Part shown: in pieces, positions 1-7,073 of the stretch | Layout of the letters: each line of letters begins with the position of its first letter | How positions within the stretch are numbered: position 1 is the first letter of the stretch | From: Gemmatimonadota bacterium | GTDB lineage: Bacteria; Gemmatimonadota; Gemmatimonadetes; Gemmatimonadales; GWC2-71-9 | Assembly (NCBI GenBank): GCA_003221005.1 | Contig: QHTZ01000040.1 | Coordinates: 1-12,039 of the forward strand | Reading direction: 5' to 3' | DNA length: 12,039 nt | Notes under the pieces: model-generated | The model's database searches: none | Told to the model about the DNA's origin: nothing | What the model saw: only the letters and a program-made list of their open reading frames with translations | Program-made: the position numbers and the translations under genes

Positions 1-17
1 CCCGACCTCTAGGAGAC

Positions 18-53
18 AAAAAAAAAGGCGCCCCACTGTGAAGGCAGGGCGCC
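18..53 (-). terminator. Rho-independent terminator downstream of tRNA-Lys
   Basis: Minus strand reads GGCGCCC-TGC-CTTCACA-GTG-GGGCGCC followed by 9 T (plus-strand A run 18-26). The stem arms are 27-33 and 47-53, extendable by G-U pairs. It lies ~45 nt 3' of the tRNA. Confidence 0.8.
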
Positions 54-98
54 GGTTGGACCTTTCACAAACCTTTCACTGCGAAACTGCTAAGTCTA

Positions 99-171
99 TG
101 CGCCGACTCGGAATCGAACCGAGAACCTACTGATTAAGAGTCAGTTGCTCTACCAATTGAGCTATCGGCGC
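99..171 (-). tRNA. tRNA-Lys (anticodon CTT)
   Basis: Reverse complement GCGCCGATAGCTCAATTGGTAGAGCAACTGACTCTTAATCAGTAGGTTCTCGGTTCGATTCCGAGTCGGCGCA. Acceptor stem GCGCCGA/TCGGCGC, D arm, anticodon arm ACTGA-CTCTTAA-TCAGT, T loop GTTCGATTC. 73 nt, CCA not encoded. Confidence 0.97.
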
Positions 172-181
172 GCGGGGGCGG

Positions 182-210
182 AAGATCGTCAGCGCGTAGC
201 CCGTATGCAA
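182..210 (-). promoter_or_regulatory. Candidate sigma70-type promoter for tRNA-Lys
   Basis: Minus strand TTGCAT (210-205), 17-nt spacer, GATCTT (187-182), ending 10 nt before the tRNA 5' end. Confidence 0.45.
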
Positions 211-223
211 GGGCGGCGACTAG

Positions 224-249
224 TTGACACCGTCCCCAGGTGATATTGT
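224..249 (+). promoter_or_regulatory. Candidate promoter for the oxalate cluster
   Basis: Perfect TTGACA at 224-229 and an extended -10-like TGaTATTGT at 241-249. The spacer to TATTGT is only 14 nt, so the pairing is uncertain. Confidence 0.3.
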
Positions 250-284
250 TTCCGGGCCCTCAACCTCCGGACTGACCGGCGCCC

Positions 285-1604
285 ATGAACGATCTTACGG
301 CCTCTCCCTCTGCTTCCTCCGAGCGCGCCATGTCGCCTCGTGCCACTCGCTGGGTGCAGCTCGTGGTGGGGATCATTTGCATGTCGATGATCGCCAATCT
401 GCAGTACGGCTGGACGCTCTTCGTAACGCCCATGGACGAGAAATATCACTGGGGCCGCGCGGCTATCCAGGTAGCCTTCACCATCTTCGTGCTCACCGAA
501 ACCTGGCTGGTGCCGGTCGAGGGCTACCTCGTCGACCTGATCGGCCCGCGCGGCGTGGTCGTCGTGGCAGGGATCCTCGTCGCGGCAGCGTGGGTGGTGA
601 ACTCATTCGCCCACTCGCTGCCCCTGCTCTACCTGGGGGCGATCATCGGCGGTATCGGCGCGGGCGCGGTCTACGGAACCTGCGTCGGGAACGCCCTCAA
701 GTGGTTCCCGGACCGCCGTGGCCTCGCCTCGGGCCTCACGGCGATGGGCTTCGGCGCCGGGTCGGCGCTCACGGTGTTCCCCATCGCCTCCATGATAAAA
801 ACCGCCGGCTACGAAGCGACCTTCTTCCGCTTCGGCCTCATCCAGGGGGCCGCGGTCTTCATCCTAGGCTGGCTGCTCCGGGCGCCCAACGCCGCGGAGC
901 TCGCCGCCAGTCCAAAACCAGCCACTCGCCATATCCCCGGCCCCGATCGCACCCCGACCGAGATGGCCCGCTCGCCCGTCTTCTGGGTCATGTACGTCAT
1001 GTTTGTGCTGGTGGCGACTGGCGGGCTGATCGCGACGGCGCAGCTCAGGCCCATCGCCAAGGACTTCAACCTCGCCGACGTGCCCGTCACTCTCCTGGGG
1101 ATCACGCTTCCGGCGCTCACCTTTGCGCTCTCGCTCGACCGCGTGCTCAACGGCGCCAGTCGCCCGCTCTTCGGCTGGGTGTCCGATCAGATCGGTCGTG
1201 AGAACACGATGTTCGGCGCCTTCCTGCTCGAAGCGGTGGCCATCCTGCTCCTCAGCCAGTACGGAAGGGACCCCACGGCCTTCGTCCTCCTGATCGCCCT
1301 GGTCTACCTGGCATGGGGAGAGATCTACAGTCTCTTTCCCGCCACGTGCGGCGACTCCTTCGGCAGGCGCTTCGCCTCGGCGAATTACGGCCTCCTCTAC
1401 ACGGCCAAGGGCACGGCATCACTGCTGGTGCCGTTGAGCAGCGTGATCGCCGGGGTGGGGGGCGGGGGTTGGCACACGGTCTTCGTGGCGGCGAGCGCGA
1501 TGAACGTCGTCGCCGCGGTGATGGCGCTGTTGGTCCTCAAACCGCTCCGCGCACGGATGTTCGCCGTCCGCCCTCGGGCAACCGCCTTCGGCGAGCCGGC
1601 GTGA
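285..1604 (+). CDS. oxlT: Oxalate/formate antiporter (OFA) family MFS transporter, OxlT-like
   Basis: 439 aa with ~12 hydrophobic segments. Motifs match OxlT substrate-site regions: NLQYGW, GAVYG, KWFPDRRGLASG, NGASRPLFGWVSDQIGRE (R272 equivalent), AWGEIYS, NYGLLYTAKG (K355 equivalent). An alternative ATG lies at 330. Confidence 0.88.
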   Translation: MNDLTASPSASSERAMSPRATRWVQLVVGIICMSMIANLQYGWTLFVTPMDEKYHWGRAAIQVAFTIFVLTETWLVPVEGYLVDLIGPRGVVVVAGILVAAAWVVNSFAHSLPLLYLGAIIGGIGAGAVYGTCVGNALKWFPDRRGLASGLTAMGFGAGSALTVFPIASMIKTAGYEATFFRFGLIQGAAVFILGWLLRAPNAAELAASPKPATRHIPGPDRTPTEMARSPVFWVMYVMFVLVATGGLIATAQLRPIAKDFNLADVPVTLLGITLPALTFALSLDRVLNGASRPLFGWVSDQIGRENTMFGAFLLEAVAILLLSQYGRDPTAFVLLIALVYLAWGEIYSLFPATCGDSFGRRFASANYGLLYTAKGTASLLVPLSSVIAGVGGGGWHTVFVAASAMNVVAAVMALLVLKPLRARMFAVRPRATAFGEPA

Positions 1605-1617
1605 GCGCAGGAAGCCC

Positions 1618-2676
1618 ATGACGAGCTTTGCCGTCGTCGGGGCCGGAGCGATCGGCGGCTACCTCGGCGCCCTGCTGGCCGCCGCGGGCGACGACGTGAC
1701 GTTCATTGCGCGGGGGCCGAATCTCGAGGCGATCCGCGCCCACGGCATGAACGTCACGCTGGAGGACGGGCGCGAGGTGACCGCCCGCGGGGCTCGGGCG
1801 ACCGCGAGCCTCGCCGAGGCGGGAGCGCACGACGTGGTGCTCCTCACGGTCAAGGCGCACCAAGTGCCGGCCATCGCGCCGGAGCTGCCGCGTCTCTTCC
1901 ACGAGCGCACCAGCCTGGTGCCGATGCAGAACGGCATCCCCTGGTGGTATTTCCAACGACACGGCGGCGAGCACGAGGGAAGACCGGTGCTCGCGGCCGA
2001 TCCCGGCGGCACGATCGCCAAGCTCATCGACCCCTCGCGCATCATCGGGTGCGTGGTCTACCCGGCGGCGACGCTCGCAGCTCCCGGAGTCGTGCGCGTA
2101 ATCGAGGGGCGGCGCTTCACGCTGGGAGAGCTGGACGGCGCGAGCACGCCCCGAGTGGAGGCGATCGCGCAGAGCCTGATAAAGGCCGGATTCAAGGCAC
2201 CGATCAGCGACGACATCCGGGGCGAGATCTGGCTCAAGATCCTCGGCAATCTGAGCTTCAATCCGATCAGCGCCCTGACTCACGCGACGCTGGTGGGTCT
2301 CCTGCAATTTCCCCTCACGCGCGAGCTGTGCGTCGCGATGATGCGCGAAGCCGAAGCGGTGGCCGCGCGGCTCGGCGTCACACTACGGGTCAGCATCGAG
2401 CGGCGCATCGCTGGTGCGGAGAAGGTCGGCGCCCACAAGACGTCGATGTTGCAGGATGTGGAGCAGGGAAAGCCTCCGGAGATCGAGGCCCTGGTCGGCG
2501 CCGTTGTCGAGCTCGGGCGTGTCACCGGTGTCCCCACACCGCACATCGACGCAGTCTACGCGTGCGTGAGCCTCCTGGCGAAAACGCTCGCCGAGGGGGG
2601 CGGGAAACTGGCTCTGGAGCCGTCCGCCCTCGGCCGCCCGACCGGCCCCGCACGGGCAGCGGCCAGCGGACGGTGA
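1618..2676 (+). CDS. Ketopantoate reductase (ApbA/PanE) family oxidoreductase; by context a probable oxalyl-CoA reductase (PanE2-like)
   Basis: Rossmann motif VVGAGAIGG, plus TVKAHQ, MQNGIPWWYF, IWLKILGNLSFNPISALT and HKTSMLQD..E. It sits between oxlT and an oxalate-CoA ligase-like gene with 13- and 16-nt gaps. Confidence 0.82.
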   Translation: MTSFAVVGAGAIGGYLGALLAAAGDDVTFIARGPNLEAIRAHGMNVTLEDGREVTARGARATASLAEAGAHDVVLLTVKAHQVPAIAPELPRLFHERTSLVPMQNGIPWWYFQRHGGEHEGRPVLAADPGGTIAKLIDPSRIIGCVVYPAATLAAPGVVRVIEGRRFTLGELDGASTPRVEAIAQSLIKAGFKAPISDDIRGEIWLKILGNLSFNPISALTHATLVGLLQFPLTRELCVAMMREAEAVAARLGVTLRVSIERRIAGAEKVGAHKTSMLQDVEQGKPPEIEALVGAVVELGRVTGVPTPHIDAVYACVSLLAKTLAEGGGKLALEPSALGRPTGPARAAASGR

Positions 2677-2692
2677 TCGAGGAACTACCGGA

Positions 2693-4234
2693 ATGAATCC
2701 TTCCGCATCGACCATTGCCGCGCTGCTCGAAACCGGCGACACGAAGGCCACCGCGCTCAGCAGCCCCGGCGGTCGCACGCTCAGCTTCGGCGCGCTCCGC
2801 TCGCTCATCTCGCGGACCGTCGAAACGCTGGCCGCGCGAGGCATCGGCCCCAACGACCGGGTCGCGATCGTGCTCGACAACGGGCCCGAGATGGCGGTCG
2901 CCTTCCTGTCGGTCGCATCGGGCGCCACGGCCGCGCCCCTCAACCCGCGCTACCGGGCCGAGGAGTTCGAGTTCTACCTCACCGATCTCAAGGCGAAGCT
3001 CCTCATCGTGGCGCAGGGAAGATCCTCGCCCGCGATCGACGTCGCGGCGAAGCTCGGCATTCCCGTCTGCCAACTAACGGCGCAGCCGGAGCGCGGCGCC
3101 GGGAGCTTCGTCCTGGAGTTCGCGGACCAGCCGGCCGTGCGGGGCGGGGGCGGGGGCGGGAAACCTCGGGCCGCGACGCCGGACGACGCGGCACTGGTGC
3201 TGCATACGTCCGGCACGACGTCCCGACCCAAGATCGTCCCGCTGTTGCAGCGGAATCTCGTGGCCTCCGCCGGCAACATCTGCGCGACGCTCGGATTTTC
3301 GGCGGACGACCGCGGGCTCTGCATCATGCCGCTGTTCCACATCCACGGCCTGATGGCCGGGCTCTTGGCACCGCTGTCGGCGGGCGGCCAGGTGTGCTGC
3401 CCTCCCGGGTTCGACGCGCTCAAGTTTTTCTCGTGGATGGCCGAAGCGCGTCCCACCTGGTACACCGGCGTCCCCACCATGCACCAGGCCATCCTCACCC
3501 GCGCGGGACACAACGCGGAGATCGTCAAGGCCAATCCCCTGCGGTTCGTGCGGTCGTCGTCTTCCGCGCTACCCACCAAGGTGATTACGGAGATCGAATC
3601 CGTCTTCGGCGCGCCGGTGATCGAGTCCTATGGCATGACCGAGGCCTCGCACCAGATGACGAGCAATCCGCTTCCCCCCGAGCCCCGCAAGCCGGGCACG
3701 GTGGGACCCGGAGGGGGGCCGGAGGTCCGAGTGGTGGACGAGCGGGGGAACCCGGTCTCACCCGGCACCCCGGGGGAGATCGTGATCCGCGGCCCGAGCG
3801 TGATGCGCGGGTACGAGAACAACCCTACGGCCAACGCCGAGGCATTCGTCCAGGGCTGGTTCCGCACCGGGGACCAGGGAGCGATGGACGCCGATGGGTA
3901 CGTGACGATCACGGGGCGCCTGAAGGAGATCATCATTCGCGGCGGGGAGAAGATCTCGCCGCGCGAAGTGGACGAGATTATCATGGCGCACCCGGCGGTG
4001 CATCAGTGCGTGACGTTCGCGCTGCCGCACGAGATGTTAGGCGAAGAGGTCGCCGCGGCGGTGGTGTTGCGGCCAGGCGCCGAGGCGAGCGACAAGGAGC
4101 TGCGCCAGTTCGCGGCAGTCCGGCTCGCGGACTTCAAGGTCCCGCGAAAGATCCTGATCGTCCAGGAGATTCCCGTGGGCGCGACCGGCAAGCTGCAGCG
4201 GATCGGGCTCGCCAAGAAGCTCGGCTTGGCGTAA
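2693..4234 (+). CDS. AMP-forming acyl-CoA synthetase, probable oxalate-CoA ligase (AAE3/Pcs60/Oxs-like)
   Basis: 513 aa. P-loop LHTSGTTSRPK, MPLFHIHGL, TWYTGVPTMHQAIL, YGMTEASHQM, WFRTGDQG, RLKEIIIRGGEKISP, ATGKLQR. The HTSGTT and TEASHQM variants typify the oxalate-CoA ligase subgroup. RBS-like GAGGA upstream. Confidence 0.85.
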   Translation: MNPSASTIAALLETGDTKATALSSPGGRTLSFGALRSLISRTVETLAARGIGPNDRVAIVLDNGPEMAVAFLSVASGATAAPLNPRYRAEEFEFYLTDLKAKLLIVAQGRSSPAIDVAAKLGIPVCQLTAQPERGAGSFVLEFADQPAVRGGGGGGKPRAATPDDAALVLHTSGTTSRPKIVPLLQRNLVASAGNICATLGFSADDRGLCIMPLFHIHGLMAGLLAPLSAGGQVCCPPGFDALKFFSWMAEARPTWYTGVPTMHQAILTRAGHNAEIVKANPLRFVRSSSSALPTKVITEIESVFGAPVIESYGMTEASHQMTSNPLPPEPRKPGTVGPGGGPEVRVVDERGNPVSPGTPGEIVIRGPSVMRGYENNPTANAEAFVQGWFRTGDQGAMDADGYVTITGRLKEIIIRGGEKISPREVDEIIMAHPAVHQCVTFALPHEMLGEEVAAAVVLRPGAEASDKELRQFAAVRLADFKVPRKILIVQEIPVGATGKLQRIGLAKKLGLA

Positions 4235-4282
4235 CGCGGTGGGCCCCACCTGCTGCGGCCCGGCCCACTTTGCATGGTTCGC

Positions 4283-4299
4283 TTGGCAAGACTGCTGCA
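4283..4299 (+). promoter_or_regulatory. Candidate sigma54 (-24/-12) promoter for the porin gene
   Basis: TTGGCAAGACTGCTGCA, with GG(4285-86)-N10-GC(4297-98), matches the TGGCAC-N5-TTGC spacing. It ends 36 nt before the porin ATG, which has a strong AAGGAGG RBS. Confidence 0.55.
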
Positions 4300-4335
4300 G
4301 TGCACAATCCATTCCCTAAGGAGGGGAGACAACCA

Positions 4336-5535
4336 ATGACGGTTTCCATTCGCCGGGCGCTCGGGGTAGCCGTGGTGACCGCCGCCGGTGCCGCATCGCT
4401 CGCCGCGCAGACCCCGACCATTCAGGTGCAGGGCCGCGTCCAGTTGCAGTACCGCAATTCGTCGGGGGATTCCACCCTCAATGGCGGGGTCGGGTACAAC
4501 ACGAACAGCGTGAACAACTATTTCGAGATCCGCCGGGCCCGCTTCCAGACCAACGTAAAGTTCGGCGACAACATCTACCTCGTGATCCAGCCGAGCTTCG
4601 AGATGGCGGCCTTGCGGATGCGCGACGCGTACCTGCGCGTCGGCATGACGCGCAACCTTTCCGTCGTGGCCGGCCAGGAAAAATCGCCCTTCCAGCGCTA
4701 CGAGCTGACGAGCGCGAACAACCTCCCCTCGATCGAGCGTGGTGTGCGGATCTTGCGGCTCTCGGGCAAGGAAGGCTTGAACGACCTGCTGCTGCAAAAC
4801 GGCTACGTCTCCCATGACCTGGGCGCCGGGATCGAAGGCCAGAGCAACGACCACCGCTACTTCGGCAAGCTTGTCGTCCAGGGCGGGTCGCGCGAGAGCT
4901 CGGCGGATGTCAACAACGCGAAGAGCTTCTACGGCCGCGTCACCGGTACGGTGCTGATGAACAAGGCCAAGCAGCCGGCTCTCCAGCTGGGCGCGTCGTT
5001 CGGCTCGCGCGATCGCGCCATCTGCAACGCCGCAGCGAACGCGGGCGCGGGGTGCACGACGAACATCGCATACTTCGTCGACTCCGCAAAGTACACGACT
5101 GCATTCGGCCTCGACGCCGAGTGGGGCGGGTTCCGGCCCGGCCTCCACGTCATCGCCGACTTCGCTACGGGCAACAACGTCCTCTTCGCGCGACGGATCA
5201 ACTCGGGACGCAACACCGCCAACGTGCGGAACAGCGCCGACTCGAACGTCGCCACGTTCATGGGCGTGAGCATCATTGCGGCGTACCGCGTGCTGACCAA
5301 GGGCCCCGACACACGCGTCATCAAGATCATCGAGCCCGCGCTGCGCTTGGACTACGCCGACCCGAACACCAATGCGAGCAACGATCAGGGCATCCTCATC
5401 ACGCCGGTCCTCAACCTGTACTTCGCCAACAGCGTCCAGTTGCGGGCCGGAATCGACTTCTACATGTACAAGGATGCCGCCGGCGTATCCAGCTCCGCCC
5501 GAGAGATCAAGTTCTCCTGGCAAGCCGACTTCTGA
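4336..5535 (+). CDS. Outer-membrane beta-barrel porin, OprO/OprP (phosphate/anion-selective)-like
   Basis: The true start is the ATG at 4336 (MTVSIRR...) inside the 3394..5535 ORF, giving 399 aa. Sec signal peptide ending SLAA|Q. OprO/P-like motifs FEIRRARF, RDAYLRV, GQEKSPF. Amphipathic strands and a C-terminal Phe (FSWQADF, BAM signal). Confidence 0.8.
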   Translation: MTVSIRRALGVAVVTAAGAASLAAQTPTIQVQGRVQLQYRNSSGDSTLNGGVGYNTNSVNNYFEIRRARFQTNVKFGDNIYLVIQPSFEMAALRMRDAYLRVGMTRNLSVVAGQEKSPFQRYELTSANNLPSIERGVRILRLSGKEGLNDLLLQNGYVSHDLGAGIEGQSNDHRYFGKLVVQGGSRESSADVNNAKSFYGRVTGTVLMNKAKQPALQLGASFGSRDRAICNAAANAGAGCTTNIAYFVDSAKYTTAFGLDAEWGGFRPGLHVIADFATGNNVLFARRINSGRNTANVRNSADSNVATFMGVSIIAAYRVLTKGPDTRVIKIIEPALRLDYADPNTNASNDQGILITPVLNLYFANSVQLRAGIDFYMYKDAAGVSSSAREIKFSWQADF

Positions 5536-5601
5536 GGAGTACCCGAACCATGCCTAGGGTCATTGTCGCAGCGCTGCGGGATGACGGCGGGAAAATCGTC
5601 A

Positions 5602-5673
5602 TGCCCCCAAGGGGAATCGAACCCCTGTTCCCACCTTGAAAGAGTGGTGTCCTAACCGTTAGACGATGGGGGC
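5602..5673 (-). tRNA. tRNA-Glu (anticodon TTC)
   Basis: Reverse complement GCCCCCATCGTCTAACGGTTAGGACACCACTCTTTCAAGGTGGGAACAGGGGTTCGATTCCCCTTGGGGGCA. Anticodon arm CCACT-CTTTCAA-GGTGG. CCA not encoded. Confidence 0.96.
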
Positions 5674-5686
5674 GGAGACAAAAACA

Positions 5687-5759
5687 TAGCGGTAACGGGA
5701 TTCGAACCCGTGTTTGAGCCTTGAGAGGGCTCCGTCCTAGTCCCCTAGACGATACCGCC
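5687..5759 (-). tRNA. tRNA-Glu (anticodon CTC)
   Basis: Reverse complement GGCGGTATCGTCTAGGGGACTAGGACGGAGCCCTCTCAAGGCTCAAACACGGGTTCGAATCCCGTTACCGCTA. Anticodon arm GAGCC-CTCTCAA-GGCTC. A 13-nt spacer separates it from the TTC tRNA. CCA not encoded. Confidence 0.96.
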
Positions 5760-5803
5760 ACGCCGTCGCGGCGGAGCTGCGCGCAAGAATATAACCCAAC
5801 CGG

Positions 5804-5831
5804 TTGACCTCCGCGGCGGCCCGCGTACAGT
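5804..5831 (+). promoter_or_regulatory. Candidate sigma70 promoter for the GGDEF gene, divergent from the tRNA-Glu pair
   Basis: TTGACC (5804-5809), 16-nt spacer, TACAGT (5826-5831). A minus-strand -10-like TATATT at 5788-5793 may serve the tRNAs. Confidence 0.45.
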
Positions 5832-5862
5832 TATCCGGCCGCTCCGCGAGGATGTTGCGCAC

Positions 5863-7059
5863 GTGCTCGCCAAGCTCAAGACATGGTTCTCGCTGTTCGT
5901 GCCGGAGGGAGCGCTGCTCGCCCTCACGGTGGTCGTGCTGCGCCTCGACGCGCTTCAGGACAGCCTCCCGGATTTCGCGCACTTCTACCCCTACGCGGTG
6001 TTCGTCGTCGGGGCGCTGCTGGCCTGGCGCTTCCAACGCAGCCGGCTCCTGTTTGCGCTCCTGGTGCTCGCGCTCGCCACGTGGAGCATCGAGGCCCGGG
6101 TCCCGAGCGCCGCAGGGCGCGTCGCCTTCCGGGCCAGCGCCCTGCTGCTGCCCCTGAACCTCGCTGGGCTCGCGCTGCTCGCCGACCGGGGCTTCCTCAC
6201 ACCGTTCGGCCTGCTGCGGCTCGGCGCGATTGCCGCGCAGGTGATCGTCGTGGACATGTTCGCCCGCACGGCGCCCGCCGCGACGGCGGCGGTGCTGGGC
6301 TACCCGCTGCTCCCCGCCGGGCTCTTCGCCTGGACTCCCCTGAGTCAGTCCGCCCTGCTTGCGTTCACCGCCGCCCTCGTGATCACCGCCGTACCCCTCA
6401 TCTTCGAGATCAATGCGACGGGCCGCGGGTTCCTGTGGGCGATCGTGGCCTCGTTCCTCGCCCTCAACGCGCCCCGCACGGCGCCTGCGTCGGCCATCTA
6501 TCTTGGCACCGCGGGCTTGATCCTCGTGGTTGCGGTGATCGAAGCTTCGTACCTCCTGGCCTACCAGGACGGGCTCACGGCGCTGCCGGCACGCCGTGCC
6601 TTCACCGAGGCCCTCCAACGGATCGCCGGTCAATACGCGGTGGCGATGGTGGATGTGGATCACTTCAAGAAGTTCAACGACGAGTACGGGCACGACGTGG
6701 GCGATCAGGTGCTGCGCATGGTCGCATCCAAGCTGGCGCAGGTCGAAGGCGGCGGGCGCGCCTACCGTTACGGCGGCGAGGAGTTCGCGATCGTCTTCCC
6801 CGGGAAGGCGGTGGAGGAAGCCCTACCGCACCTGGAGGCGGTCCGCGAAGCGGTCGCCGAGAGCACGTTCACGATCCGGCGCCGCATCCGGCGCAGGGGC
6901 GCGAAGGCGGCCCGGCGCCGCCCCGAGGCCTCCATCACCGTGAGCATCGGCGTCGCCGCGAAAGACCACCGCCACGCGAATCCCGACCAGGTGATTCGCG
7001 CCGCCGACCAGGCCCTCTACAGCGCCAAGGAAGCGGGACGCAACCGCGTCCGCTCTTGA
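5863..7059 (+). CDS. Membrane-anchored diguanylate cyclase (GGDEF domain)
   Basis: GTG start preceded by GAGGA. About 8 hydrophobic N-terminal helices, then YQDGLTAL, MVDVDHFKKFNDEYGHDVGDQVL, YRYGGEEF, TVSIGVA, ADQALYSAKEAGRNRV. Confidence 0.92.
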   Translation: MLAKLKTWFSLFVPEGALLALTVVVLRLDALQDSLPDFAHFYPYAVFVVGALLAWRFQRSRLLFALLVLALATWSIEARVPSAAGRVAFRASALLLPLNLAGLALLADRGFLTPFGLLRLGAIAAQVIVVDMFARTAPAATAAVLGYPLLPAGLFAWTPLSQSALLAFTAALVITAVPLIFEINATGRGFLWAIVASFLALNAPRTAPASAIYLGTAGLILVVAVIEASYLLAYQDGLTALPARRAFTEALQRIAGQYAVAMVDVDHFKKFNDEYGHDVGDQVLRMVASKLAQVEGGGRAYRYGGEEFAIVFPGKAVEEALPHLEAVREAVAESTFTIRRRIRRRGAKAARRRPEASITVSIGVAAKDHRHANPDQVIRAADQALYSAKEAGRNRVRS

Positions 7060-7073
7060 GCCCTCGCCCCAGC

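Noticed and set aside
1618-2676. Assigning panE (pantothenate biosynthesis)
   Set aside because: The family match is real, but there are no panB/panC neighbours and the oxalate context favours an oxalyl-CoA reductase-like paralog. The symbol was left empty.
3394-4335. N-terminal 314 codons of the 713-aa ORF 3394..5535
   Set aside because: An Arg/Gly/Pro-rich off-frame shadow of the ligase gene. The real porin starts at ATG 4336 with an RBS and signal peptide.
4003-5523. 506-aa minus-strand ORF and other antisense or off-frame ORFs (e.g. 224..1201, 5737..6693, 9104..9955, 10627..11475)
   Set aside because: These are mirror or shadow frames of well-supported genes, with no independent coding evidence.
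172-5601. Oxalate cluster as a tRNA-integrated genomic island
   Set aside because: No integrase and no duplicated tRNA-Glu or tRNA-Lys 3' end were seen in the window, and no compositional break was obvious by eye.
5674-5684. GGAGACAAAAA repeated at 12-22 and 5674-5684, both in tRNA trailer regions
   Set aside because: Short, low-complexity and at different distances from the tRNAs, so it is insufficient to call an att site or repeat.
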